From Lama glama (lineage: Eukaryota): 64,000 nucleotides of DNA. The notes under the pieces are model-generated. The model saw nothing but the letters and a program-made list of their open reading frames with translations. It ran no database searches and was not told the DNA's origin. A program made the position numbers and the translations under genes. The first letter of the stretch is position 1. Every line of letters begins with the position of its first letter. Of this stretch, positions 52,291 to 64,000 are shown piece by piece. The stretch is taken from the NCBI GenBank assembly GCA_028534125.1, contig CM052817.1, positions 79,610,001 to 79,674,000 on the forward strand, given 5' to 3'.

Positions 52291-52731
52291 CAGGGGTATA
52301 AAATAGCTAACAATGCTTAAAAATCAGGGATCTGCCTTTGATTTCTAGACTTCTAATCAATGGTTTACTTAGCCTCTCTTCTGCTTCACTTGAAGAGTCT
52401 AGATGAAATAACTAGTTTACAAAGTTACTGTGATAATTGTATAAAATTTCATGGAGGCATTTTGTAAATCATTAATCAGTGCAGAAGCATTCATTGTAAG
52501 TATTATTAGCAAGTTGCTACTTTCTTTCGTTCTGCCCATCCTTGTGCAGCATCATTTCCCAGGGTGTATCTTGATTAGCTTCTCTTAACATTAACCAGGT
52601 GCTGAATTGTTGTTTTCTTCCGTTATCTGAGTCACTTCAGCTATAGAGAGTAGCCACCTGCTGCCTTCCCACCCACCATTCAAGATGTTCATGAGACACT
52701 TGAGAATAAGTGGTTTTTGGTTTTCTTGCAG

Positions 52732-52983
52732 TGCTTGATGCAGCTCATCATCGACACTGGCCTGGAGTATTGAAGGTGGTGTCAGGATGCCACATATCCT
52801 TATTTCAGATTCCGTTACCAGAAGATGGAATGCAGTTTGGAGGATCAATGAGCTTACATGGAAATCATATGACACTAGCTTGTTTTCATGGTCCAAATTT
52901 CCGTTCAAAATCCTGGGCCCTTTTTCACTTAGAAGAACCAAATATTGCTTTTTGGACTGAAGCTCAGAAAATCTGGGAAGATG
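52732..52983 (+). CDS. BLTP1: BLTP1 exon 30 LLDAAHHRHW...QKIWED
   Basis: ttgcag| and atg|gtaaac; 252 nt, phase 1->1. Confidence 0.95.
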
Positions 52984-53670
52984 GTAAACTGACACACATT
53001 CAACTTTCACTTTTTCCCACCTTCTCATATGATTATCTATGACAAAGTAATTTTCCTTTCTCATATTTTTTATCTGTTTTTCTTATATTTCTGAAGTTCA
53101 TCTCTACTTAACACATAGCTGATGTGTGTGTGAAGGAGTTTACTGCCAATGAGTCTATAAAGTCTGGGGCATGTTGAAGAACTTATTTCTGTACTTGCCA
53201 TGTTACTCTGTTTCTTACTCAGGCAATTAAAGTTTTTGCTGCTGTGGCTGACCATAGCCATAATAGTAGTTATTGTAAATATTTCTTATAAAAACAAGAG
53301 AAGACACAGAGTGGTGGTATTAGGAAATTACTTCCCAGTCCAAACTATTTTCAAACCTTCTATGCACAAGGGCATGCTTTTTGCCTCTATTTATAGTTTC
53401 TTGTAGCATTAATTTTCTACTTAGTGGTTTCTTAATGATGAAGGAAAAAATGATGGATGCTCTTCATCTTCTGGGGATAAATCCATTTATAACTAAAAGA
53501 AAAAGTATCTGTGATTTTTCTCACTTATTTACTCCTCAGTTTTACAGCCTTCCTTATATAAGTATGACTTACCTAGCTAAATCTGTTGCTGTTAAGGCAC
53601 AACTCTCTTCTTGCATCTATCTATCTATATCTATAGTTTGTTACTTAAGAAACTTGTTTTTCCCCTCTAG

Positions 53671-53874
53671 GCTCCAGTGATCATTCTACATATATTGTAC
53701 AAACACTGGATTTTCATCTGGGCCATAATACTATGGTTACCAAACCGTGTGGTGCTTTGGAAAGTCCTATGGCAACAATAACCAAGATAACAAGGCGCCG
53801 CCATGAAAATCCACCCCATGGAGTAGCAAGTGTGAAAGAATGGTTCAATTATGTTACAGCCACAAGGAATGAAG
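53671..53874 (+). CDS. BLTP1: BLTP1 exon 31 GSSDHSTY...TATRNE
   Basis: ctctag| and weak aag|gttaac donor; 204 nt, phase 1->1. Confidence 0.93.
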
Positions 53875-54913
53875 GTTAACAGTTTGATTCTTTGGAGAGC
53901 TTGGTTTTGTTTTGTTCTATTTTGTGTTTAGAATTTAAGTAGAGGGAGACTTTTCATTTCTTTAAACAAGTTTCATTTTACTCCTGCTGCCATAAGTAAC
54001 AGTATTAGTGCATGCTTCACCACCCTAGTAGTGCATCATCTCATAGACTAAAATTATTTTAGATGTAACTTAAAACTGTAATTGTAACTATATTTGAATG
54101 AGTATTTTTGTAGTAATGTTCACATTGGAGGTTTGGGAAAGTTGTTACACAGCTAAGTAATAGCATACCACAACCTTAAGGGTCAGGATGGCTGGAATAA
54201 AATGAAACTAAGTACTATTCTTATGAAGTCATAAATTTAAAGAAAGTGCTTTGATGAATTTTTTTTCATTTGATTAGATTCACCAGTCCTGTAGTAACTG
54301 CGGTCATGAAAATTGTTATTCTGTGATTGTTTTTGTATTAGAGTTTACAGTAAATCTTTTACCAGGCATTTTATCTGTATTGGGAAGCTGACTAGATTGA
54401 GACATGTTGCGAGTTGAATGTTTTACTTAAAAATGACCTCCTTTCAGAATGGAAAAGAAGGTGGCTTGGGCCCCATGTAAAATAATTGCTATGTATAGGC
54501 AACTGCAGGGATTAGAGACTATTAAAAATGTCCTGAAAACAAAGTAGGATAAGGAAGTATATTAGAAGATTTTGCATGTACTGACTATAATACCTTCCAA
54601 ATAGACACTTCAGGGAAGGGATACTATGGAGGGTTATTAGCATACTGAACTGACACCTGTGTACCTAGAAAAGTGCTGTATTTTTATAACCCTAAGGTAA
54701 CTATAGCACATATGTTGGGGAAAATTGGGACTTCCACCTGGTTTCAAGGTCAGGATCCTATTTAATCATAAATTCTGTAATAGTATTCGATCTATGGAAA
54801 ACTTTTCAGCTTAATGAAACTCTTAAATTTACATATGAATTCAGTTGAAAATAATACTGATTTTAAAGTTCAAGATACAAAAACCAAAATGTACTGGATT
54901 TATCCAATCATGT

Positions 54914-55020
54914 TATAAAGCTTTGGTATTGAGAATAGTGACACATATATAAGTGTGTCCATATTTATGTCTATGTAGGTATATAGGTATATAACTAGTC
55001 TCAAAAACCAAAGCTTTATA
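54914..55020. repeat. Imperfect inverted repeat (26/27-bp arms, 54-bp spacer)
   Basis: tataaagctttggtattgagaatagt vs the reverse complement of actagtctcaaaaaccaaagctttata. Confidence 0.85.
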
Positions 55021-55159
55021 TGGCTCTATTTGTTTAAATGTCTTTATTTTCCAATTTCTGAAATGATAAAAGTTTTGTGTATCAGTGTCATGAAAACTGT
55101 ATGTTTACCAATGCCTAATTGGTTTAATTTGATTCTTACTGTCTTTATTATGCATGTAG

Positions 55160-55354
55160 AGCTAAACCTACTTCGTAATGTTGATGCTAATAACACTGAG
55201 AGTAGCACTATGGTGAAGAATTCTAGTTTGTTGAGTGGATTCAGAGGAGGTTCTAGCTACAATCATGAAACAGAGACTATCTTTGCACTACCAAGAATGC
55301 AGCTTGACTTCAAATCCATTCATGTTCAAGAACCACAAGAACCTTCATTACAGG
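55160..55354 (+). CDS. BLTP1: BLTP1 exon 32 ELNLLRNV...QEPSLQ
   Basis: atgtag| and agg|gtatgt; 195 nt, phase 1->1. Confidence 0.95.
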
Positions 55355-55794
55355 GTATGTGGAAAAATAATCTTTAGTTTCTTAAGTTACTAAGAAAATT
55401 CTAATGGATCTTCAAACTGCTTTTATTCCCCCAGAGGTTATTTTTGTAATATAATGAAATTGATTTTCTGGGTCAATTTGATTTTCTTACCTACTGTATG
55501 CCCTTTGGCAAATACTTTAATCCATTTATGTCTCTTTCTCTTCAAATGGGACTAACAGGACTTCATTTGTCAGGTTTTTATGAGGAATAAATGGCATATA
55601 TTCAGAACGTGCTTAGTAAACAATCATCATCATTCTGTAAATCACATACAGGATCTTTTTTATAGTTGTATTTAAGTGGATGCATTTACACGGACCCATG
55701 TAAATCCCTTATTAACATGGGCCATGTAAAGGGAACAGGAAGGGACTTATTCCAATAAGTCTGTGATTACAAAAGAACTTTTTTCCCATTGCAG

Positions 55795-55929
55795 ATGTCA
55801 GTCTGAAGCCAAAGGTAGAATGTAGTGTGGTGACAGAGTTCACTGACCACATCTGTGTGACAATGGATGCTGAGCTCATCATGTTTCTTCATGATTTAGT
55901 GTCGGCTTATCTTAAAGAAAAAGAAAAAG
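55795..55929 (+). CDS. BLTP1: BLTP1 exon 33 DVSLKPKV...YLKEKEK
   Basis: ttgcag| and aag|gtgggt; 135 nt, phase 1->1. Confidence 0.95.
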
Positions 55930-58413
55930 GTGGGTAACATTCTCTTTTTTTCCTTTCAAGCTTTGGGAAAGGCAGCTCTTTACTATCATTTGTATGGATT
56001 TTTATGGTCTAATAATAAAATGAGTAGAAAGTGTCTACTTCCTCCATAAGTTACAAATATCAATAAATAATGTTAGTAAGACTGTATGATAGACTTTCTG
56101 AGTATCTGCTAGGTACATGGCACTCTTTTTCTAACCAAGCCTCAAACTGGTGTTGTATACTTTACAAAATGTTTCCATATATGTTATGTACATTATCAGG
56201 TCTTGTAAGATACTCTTACAAAGTTGAAGAAAAAGAGAAAGCCTCTTTGAAGAAATATTGCTAGTCAAAGTGGAGTGACTAAAGAAACAACTGTATAATA
56301 AAGTTAGCAAGAGTTACATACATAATTGGGAAAATGGAATTAATAAGAAATCTATTTGGAATGCACAGAACATTTTCTTTTTATAAATAAATTATTTAGA
56401 CTTCAGTGGTGTTGTTTTGTTTTTATCAGCTAGCTAACATTGGTTTACTCAGTGGAAATTTAAATGTTTGCCCACTAAGAAACATATGGTGACACTAATA
56501 TCCATATGGAATTGGTTGAATATAGTATGGTGTGTCCATATAATGAAATGGAATACTCTATAGCTGTTTAAAAGAATGAGGCAGTTTGAAATGTCATGAT
56601 ATGGAATACTCCAGAAATGCATGGTCTTTATTCGCTCAATAAACATTTACTGCACAACTATATGAATATATAGTGGTAAAACAACAGATGTGATTTGTTT
56701 TTAATTGCTTGGAATAGATGTAATTTATTCAGGTCACAATATAATACTCCATTTTTTTTCATGAAAAAAGAAACACAAAATTTGTCTTGCAGATATTTCA
56801 AAATAGCCTCAGGATGAATGTGTGAAGAAAACAGGTTATGAAATGACCATGTTGAAAGAGTACAAAAGTAGCATACATAAATTGAATTGGTCTTCCATTA
56901 CTATTCATCTAGATGTGCCACAAATTGAGAGTGAAATCAATAATGATGGCTGGAAGAAATCTACAAGTCATTCAAGTGAAATGGTTGAAAGCATGTATTA
57001 GGAAATATGTGGAATATACATAGATCCAGCTTTCACATAAAGCAACAACACATACCAGTCACTGTTAATCCTCTTGTTTTTCTCTCTGCCTTAATATTTA
57101 AACAATGTGGAGAAACACAGATTCTACATAAACCTATGAAGTTCAGAATTCTTTTTCTAGTCTATCTAGATTTTAAAAGCCTGCTAAATTTCTCTCAGGT
57201 ATTATGTGAAACCTTTGTCATTTTATGAAATATCGTGTTCTGCCATGAGCTGTGTGTGTTTCTTAAAAATATGTATATTTTTATATAAATTGTTATAAAA
57301 CATTTTAATGAGAAAAGAGGAACTAGGGGCTTGATTATCGGACTTAAAATAATACAATTACTATTTATGGGGATTTCAATTATAAGTAAAAATATTTTAA
57401 TAGCTGTAAGTATATTTTGTTTTTAAAAACTAAAAGCAAGTAGTTTTGGCCAAAAGAAACATAAACACGCCTCAGAAAATTCTTAACAGTGTGTAAGACT
57501 AGAGCATACTCAACGTACTTCTGGAACATCAAGATAAACTGTAGCACTGTAACCACCACCAGTAATAAAAGCAGAGCACCAGAGTAGGCAATAACTGAAG
57601 ACATCTATATTCTGATGCGGTGTGATGGTACAGCTTCATTCCTAGGTTCATTCCCAATCAATACATTATCCCACTGTTAATTAACAAAGTTATAAGCAGA
57701 GCTACATAATACACAGCATATTACATAATTATTTTATGCCCAGTTTGTGTCTTGAAAACCTGTGCTCTATAGAAATGCCATATTTATTAAAAAATGATCA
57801 TATGAAAACTCTTTGTCTCAGAATTTGATTTTAAGTATATTTATGATTGCCAATTTAAACACTTGATTTTTCATAAAACATTGAGTTCTCAATTATAAAA
57901 AGATCTTAACAAAAAGCTCCTAAGTTAAACCACTGTTCAAATATATACATAGCCATTAACATATTAAAACCATGAGTTGTACACCTTAAATGAGTGAATT
58001 GTTATCTCAGTCAAGCTGTTAAAAAAAAGTCATTTACCTACAGGCATTTTTTAGGAACCCTACAACTGTCAATTTCAGAGCTCTAAGCCCACTATCAAAT
58101 AAATCTCAATATTCTTTACCATTAAATTTAGGCACACAAATATATGTAAAATATGTGCTATTATTCAAAAATAAATGATGGTATGTTATTTCTAATTCTT
58201 GTAAGAGAATAAAATAACCCTGATGTTATCTTCCTCCAAGAAATACCAATAATTGGCACTTTTTTATGGTTTATTTTAAAATATTAGTTTTTAAGAAATG
58301 TAATTAAATGAATAAATAAAATAAATGGAGCCAATTACTTTATTCATATTAGTGATTTAAAATAAATTTATAAGATACATATCTGCAATATTAATTTATC
58401 ATTTTCATTATAG

Positions 58414-58579
58414 CCATTTTTCCACCTCGGATTTTATCTACTCGACCAGGACAGAAAAGTCCAATTATTACACATGATGAAAATTCCTCTGACAAAGACA
58501 GAGAAGATAGCATCACTTACACTACTGTGGACTGGAGAGATTTTATGTGCAACACATGGCATCTAGAACCCACTCTTAG
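58414..58579 (+). CDS. BLTP1: BLTP1 exon 34 AIFPPRIL...WHLEPTLR
   Basis: ttatag| and tag|gtaagt; 166 nt, phase 1->2. Confidence 0.95.
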
Positions 58580-59827
58580 GTAAGTAGTGGGTGTATATAT
58601 TTACCTATTTCCTGTGGGATTATTATGAGAAAAAGGTTGTAAATAATGCAGCAGGTTAAATACAGTTTACCAAAGAATATTTTTATAAATTAGTCACTTA
58701 TAACCTCTACAGCTTCTGACTAATATTTTTGCTGCTCCTTTCTGCTTCTGTAAGTGCTTCTAGGCAAGGCAAAAGGAGGACAAACACTGTGTATAGCTCA
58801 GTGCTGATTAGCTGTCCATTGTGTGACATTCTCTCGATCAGTAAAATATAAGAATAACTCTGCTTTCACAGTTGCTATTATTTTTTTCACCATCTCACCA
58901 GGATGTTATTTTCAGATGTTTGAGGTAGCTACAGTAAACTGTTTTATTACTTAAGTTTGGGAAGATGCTGAAGTTATACATCATCATTAAGGAACCGTTA
59001 ACAATTTCTCACATATGTCATGACAGTGTAATAGGACCTACAGTGTCACAGTGTCTTTCTGTCTGCAAACTAAGTAATATAAAATCATCCTGAAATGTCA
59101 AATGTAATGCTATCAGATTCAGGGTCTTTTACTGCATCATGTTCTACTACAACCATGATCCCAACTTGTTTTCATATCAAAATTTCAAAAGTATATTTTT
59201 AATTTTAATTATATTAAATTTCTGCTATAATTAGTAGTACTTTCTTTGTTATGTCCTTTGTTTGTGATTTAACACAACTTTCCTATTTTTTCCCCTTTCC
59301 TCTTAACTGCTTTGTTAATCAAATTCTAACTGTCTAAAATCATGGAATAATGGTATCAAAAAAAAAAAAAAAAAAAACTCCATCATAGTTCCACACAGTA
59401 TTCTGCAGAATGATACATATTTCATTTAGGTAAGGTTATTATTCAGACATATTTATGCCACAAAATCATTCTAAACTATTAAGATCTCCATTATTCAGTG
59501 GACTCCTTGTACAAGCAGAAAGTAGTGACTTTGTGTTAGTAATTTGTATTTAATAAAACTTGTTGTAATCAAATCAATAAAACACTTTGGTATTAATTAA
59601 TGCTACATGTACTCATGAGAAATATTAACAGCATCAATACTTAGGAACAATATTAAAATATTGTAAAGGTCTCCTAATGCAGAAAACTGTTTAGTATCTG
59701 TAAATCTAAAGAAATATAATGAAAATGACTAAGTATCTTTTAATTTAAAATGAAAATAAAAATAGTTGTTTGCCACAAATATACTTTTTTTTTAGCAAAT
59801 ACCAAGAGACTAGTTAACTGATAAAAT

Positions 59828-60030
59828 ATAGTGGTGAAGAATGTGATTAAGAGCTCTGGCTCTAAGGCCAACTTTATAGCATAGTAGCTGAGTGACCTTG
59901 GCTAAAGGACCTAATTGTTCTTTCTGCCTCAGTTGCCTCATATGAAGAATTTGGAAAACGGTATTAGCTACCTTCTAGGGTTGTTACAGTGGTTACATGA
60001 GTTAATTAATGCAAAGTGCTTATCTTATAA
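59828..60030 (+). mobile_element. MIR SINE
   Basis: tagctgagtgaccttggc...tgcctcagttgcctcatatgaag...tagggttgtt...aaagtgctta. Confidence 0.75.
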
Positions 60031-60608
60031 CTATTAGAGTTTTAGCAGATCAATGCTTAATACCCTCCTTTTCCCTACCTAAGTTCAGGACCAACTGAAC
60101 TATCAAAAGAGATGCATCTAGGAATCAGAAGGACAGCTTTAATACTGCTAAAGCTGATAACAGGGAATGTGGTTTGGTGTCAGGCAACAACGTCCTTCTA
60201 CTGCAAAGTCCAAGTTTGAACCTACCTATAGGGTCTCAGTGATGCAGAACTCAAGGGCTGGGTATGGAGGGTGCTAGAGTTGTATAGTCAGCGGCCCTGT
60301 GTAATCACCAGGCCACAGGCAGCAATGAACACTCTTGGGCTATTTAGGGACCTGTCCTTGAAAAACCTATGGCATGGAGGAAAGGTTCAAAATGAGTGGT
60401 TCCTAAGAGTAGGTAAGAAGGAGAATACTGAACTATCTATTCAGTTCCTCCGTCAATTTTTCAATCAGATAAATACAGGGCAGAGAATGACCAGGAATGT
60501 TTCACTAATGCTGTTCCTCTATATGGAAGGACACTGAAGGAAGAACCATTTTCTCCCTATTCTTTCTAACATGTTTAGCACATAGTAAACTCTAAGTAAA
60601 TTTTAGCC

Positions 60609-60727
60609 TTTTTTCCCCAGCTTTATTGAGGTATAATTGGTAAAACAGATATTTTAAGTATACAACATCATGATTTGATACACAAATACATTGTGAAAGG
60701 ATTCCTCCCAGCGAGTTAATTAACATC
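60609..60727 (-). mobile_element. Short L1 3'-end fragment
   Basis: cagctttattgaggtataattgg...tacaacatcatgatttgata...gagttaattaacatc. Confidence 0.75.
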
Positions 60728-61036
60728 TTTTAGAAAGAACCAGACATCCTTGAAAGGTTTACAATGACCATGTAACTTAAGAGCCCTAAAATAAATTAAT
60801 CATAATGAAATTCACTAAATTCAATTGCTGTGTAGGCTTAAAGGCACTTACAACCACATACTTTTTGAGTGCTATTACACTGAATCCAAGAATAGTAGGT
60901 AAGATAATCAGTTACACCTAGTGAAAATATTTTGTCTTGAGCGTATTAGGGAGGCTTAGTGATGTTACTGAACTTACTGTCAGGACTGTGCTAGGGCACT
61001 GTACTCTTTACTAATAATAATTTATAATTATTTTAG

Positions 61037-61253
61037 ATTAATTTCTTGGACTGGAAGAAAGATTGATCCAGTAGGTGTTGATTATATTCTTCAAAAATTG
61101 GGCTTTCATCATGCCAGGACTACTATTCCTAAATGGCTTCAAAGAGGAGTCATGGACCCACTGGACAAGGTTCTGTCAGTCCTTATTAAAAAACTGGGTA
61201 CTGCATTACAGGATGAAAAGGAAAAGAAAGGAAAAGACAAAGAAGAACACTAA
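61037..61253 (+). CDS. BLTP1: BLTP1 terminal coding exon LISWTGRKIDP...KGKDKEEH*
   Basis: ttttag| acceptor; TAA at 61251-61253; matches the recalled BLTP1 C-terminus. Confidence 0.96.
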
Positions 61254-61720
61254 AAAAGTAACCTGATCTGTGAATAAATTTTGATTCTGTCTGTTAAGCT
61301 TTATTACACTGGAGTGGTGGGGTTGTTTGTTTTTGTATAGTAAAATTATTTTAAATATAACTTAAAAAATTCTAATTTTGTGGCCATTGTATTAAAAGTT
61401 TATAAGTTAACCTGTTTATTCTAGTTCCACCATTCTGTATACAGTGAAGTATTACATGATAATGTAAATTTTGTGAAAAACTAGATTAAAATACACAAAT
61501 CTGCTCAATAGGGTTTATAATTATATAATGTGCAATATGACTTCTGCATCTTTAAAATATTTTCAGAATAACTGTGAATTTCCTTTGTTATTGGCCATAA
61601 CTTTTAGAAAAAATCTTGTTGATAATGTGACTTTTTTGGTCTTTAATTGCTTTTTCTTTTTTTTAAAATGTAGACTTGTATAAATACCTATTTGTATATA
61701 GTATGAGTAATTGTGATGTG

Positions 61721-61726
61721 AATAAA
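61721..61726 (+). terminator. Probable main polyadenylation signal AATAAA of BLTP1
   Basis: AATAAA preceded by TGTA motifs and followed by GT/T-rich sequence (tgtttgt, tctgtgtttg). Confidence 0.7.
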
Positions 61727-64000
61727 TACCACTAAAGTATTGTTTGTAACTACTGGTTTCAGTCTGTGTTTGAGACTTTTCTTTTATAGCTTATTTTTAT
61801 AATTAATGATGCTAATCCTGTGTCGGTTTTCATAGGTATCATAGAAGATCAATAGAAGGTAATACATACTTATTAAAATTAGCTAAAGGAGGATACAATT
61901 AGGGAGATGCACAGCAGAGGCTTCAGAGATATTAGATATTCTATTTCTTAAGCTATTAGTGAATGAATACACAGCTATTTGCTTTATTATACTACATTCT
62001 TTATATGTTTATATGTATTCTTTGTGCCTATGAATATGTATAATGTAGTATACATATTCAAGTATAATTAATAAAAAGATTTTTAAAAAGAATAGCAAAA
62101 TCTGAAATAATATTCAAAGGTAACTATTATACTGTTCATCACAACTCAAGTTTGAAATCTAGCCAAGTCAATACGGTTGGTTTAAAGGTTGGGTAAACAG
62201 TATAACTGAAGAACTATGAGGTACAAAACACCTCAAGAAAGCCTCTGATGGAGACTCTTGCACTTAGGTAGATAAGGCATTATTATCTGGGCCAGATTAA
62301 AAACAATTCCAGAGTGAAAATACTTAGCCAAGGTGGGGGGGGGGTAGGGTGTGTCTGTGTACCTACACACACAGTGTCAGTAGAGGAATTAAGAACTGCT
62401 AAGATCACACAGCAATATAGTAACACAACTAAAACCAAAATCCTAGTGTCTAGAGTCACTATTTTAGAATAGAATACACAATTTTGTATTCTTTCTGCTA
62501 GACCATCTTATCCATCATCTGCTTTATCACTATATCCCCCCTAGTCACCCCTACAATTGGAAGCTATAGGTACATTATTTTTATTAGTCAAGCTTACCAG
62601 AGAATTATCTGAGATAGTTACTTCATGAAACAAAATAACTAAAAAAAAACTGGGGGGGGGGAGAATATTTACTATTTTTATTTTTGCAACCCTTTGTGTA
62701 AGTGTCAAAATTTCTCAAATTTTGAAGGTAAAAAAACACTCAAAGGTGAAAAAACAAAGGCACAGGCGAAGAGGCCAGGGTTGCCAGAGCCCCACCTGTC
62801 ATCTTGGCCCGCTGGATCAGTTTTGCTTGACATTGTGAAAGGATCAGCATCTGGTTGGTAAAATAACCAAATCCTACAGTTTTAGCCCACCCTCCCCACC
62901 CCCACCTGACCGCCTTGTACCAGCTTCATTCCCAGTGTCTGGCTTTGACTTGGGCGTCTTTCCTGTCAGCAGTGCCTTTCCTTTTTCTGTCTATCTGGAT
63001 CTTGCCTAGTCTTCAGAGCCTAGTTTGAGCCCCTTTCCTCCATGAAGCCTTCCTGGACTGCTCCAGCTCATATTCCCTGACAATACCACATATGTGTCCA
63101 TGTGATAGTCATTAACACTGCTTTTAACACTTCTCATCAGTTGTTTCCAACTCTGTCCACAGGTGCACCTGGTAAGACTGTACTTCCTTAGCCCCTGGTG
63201 TTGGGTGACCAGTTCTGGCCAATAAATTGTTGTCTCTTCAGAGCTAAGCTCTTTTTTTCTTTTTCTTTTTATATTTCTTTTTTTTATTGAGTTATAGTCA
63301 TTTTACAACGTTAAAATTAGTTTCTTGAGTCTTACTTGACATATTAATTCTCTGCTTCAAAGAAACAATGTGCTACTAAGTTTTAGATGTTAAAAATTTC
63401 CTATGCCTCTAAATATTATAGACATGCGATTACCAAAAAATGACATAAGAAGTATAAACTTTATCTCTGGTACTAACTGTGATAATGCTGTAAAAAGAAA
63501 AGGGCAATTTAAAACAAATCTGTAACTGTTCAAAACTTCTGTGGCTCTATTAGACAAGCTATGAGAAAGCCATATTTGTACATTGCTTCTAGGAATGTAA
63601 ACTGAAACAACCCCCATGGAGGACAATTAGGCAACAGCTGTTAAAATTACAAAGGCATATAATCTCTTACTGAACAATCCCAATGCTGGATATATCCACG
63701 TATGTGTAAAATAATTATCTAAGAATATTTATTGCAGTACTCTTCATACTAAATGGTTTGAAACAATTCAAATGTCTATCAACAGAAGATAGGTTAAATA
63801 AAATATGACAGGCCCACTTAGGTGGAATAATATGCAACTGTAAGAAAAAAAGAATAAGGATGCTCTCTGGTAGTGGACAATAATCAGCTTATTTTGCACA
63901 TGAAGAAACTGAAGCTCAGAGGGCCAGGTAACTGACCAAGGTTAATTGTCTTCAAGTTTTTAACAGAAGTCTTCTCAGTGAGGTATTCCTTAAATATCCT

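Larger units (their letters stand above)
617..61745 (+). other. BLTP1: 3' portion of BLTP1/KIAA1109 gene (35 traced coding exons plus 3' UTR); 5' part lies upstream of the window
   Basis: The spliced translation runs without frameshift or stop from PQPVKEDIATPLP to ...DEKEKKGKDKEEH*. It matches the BLTP1 C-terminal region as I recall it, including the FSA_C region. All introns are GT-AG and phases are consistent. Confidence 0.97.

Noticed and set aside
53200..53406. Alternative exon adding a transmembrane helix (FLLLWLTIAIIVVIV followed by KNKRRHR)
   Set aside because: The intron is phase 1. Using the CAG near 53222 gives an immediate TAA, so the hydrophobic frame is not the BLTP1 frame, and such ORFs are common in T-rich DNA.
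56793..56834. 42-nt AG...GT block as a cassette exon
   Set aside because: Contains TAG in the required phase-1 frame, has a short pyrimidine tract and a weak GTTATG donor, and has no other support.
59358..59377. A20 tract as a retrocopy tail or true poly(A) site
   Set aside because: No recognisable upstream retroposed body or TSD; more likely a simple homopolymer and an internal-priming artefact source.
856..61036. U12-type or non-canonical introns
   Set aside because: All traced introns are GT-AG and none has the GTATCCT U12 donor.
1..64000. Most short ORFs in the six-frame track as independent genes
   Set aside because: They are BLTP1 exons with intronic read-through, antisense shadows of exons, repeat remnants or chance AT-rich ORFs, many with non-ATG starts.
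61760..64000. Start of the next gene (ADAD1 follows BLTP1 in human synteny)
   Set aside because: No CpG island or recognisable exon; only decayed L1/L2/MIR-like sequence.

Overview
Mammalian genomic DNA, most likely camelid (two vic-1-type tRNA-derived SINEs). It holds the 3' part of BLTP1 (KIAA1109; bridge-like lipid transfer protein 1) on the + strand. I traced 35 GT-AG exons by hand from 617 to the TAA stop at 61251-61253. They total 6220 coding nt (about 2070 C-terminal residues), every junction phase is consistent, and a short 3' UTR with several poly(A) signals follows. Introns carry ordinary mammalian repeats (L1, L2, MIR, MaLR LTRs, Tigger, MER5/MER20, MADE2), whose boundaries are approximate. 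No prokaryotic-type system is present. The most interesting unexplained structure is a splicing hot-spot at about 24.4-31.6 kb. Three nearby phase-0 introns contain a 201-nt frame-preserving cassette with a nested 18-nt option, a 105-nt candidate cassette, a stop-containing candidate exon, a 21-nt candidate microexon, and a perfect 99-bp tandem duplication of a complete branch-point/3' splice-site module. Also noted: a template-switching-like complex duplication, a ~107-bp intronic hairpin and a CpG-rich divergent patch in one exon. Gene and repeat identities come from recalled sequences, not from database searches.
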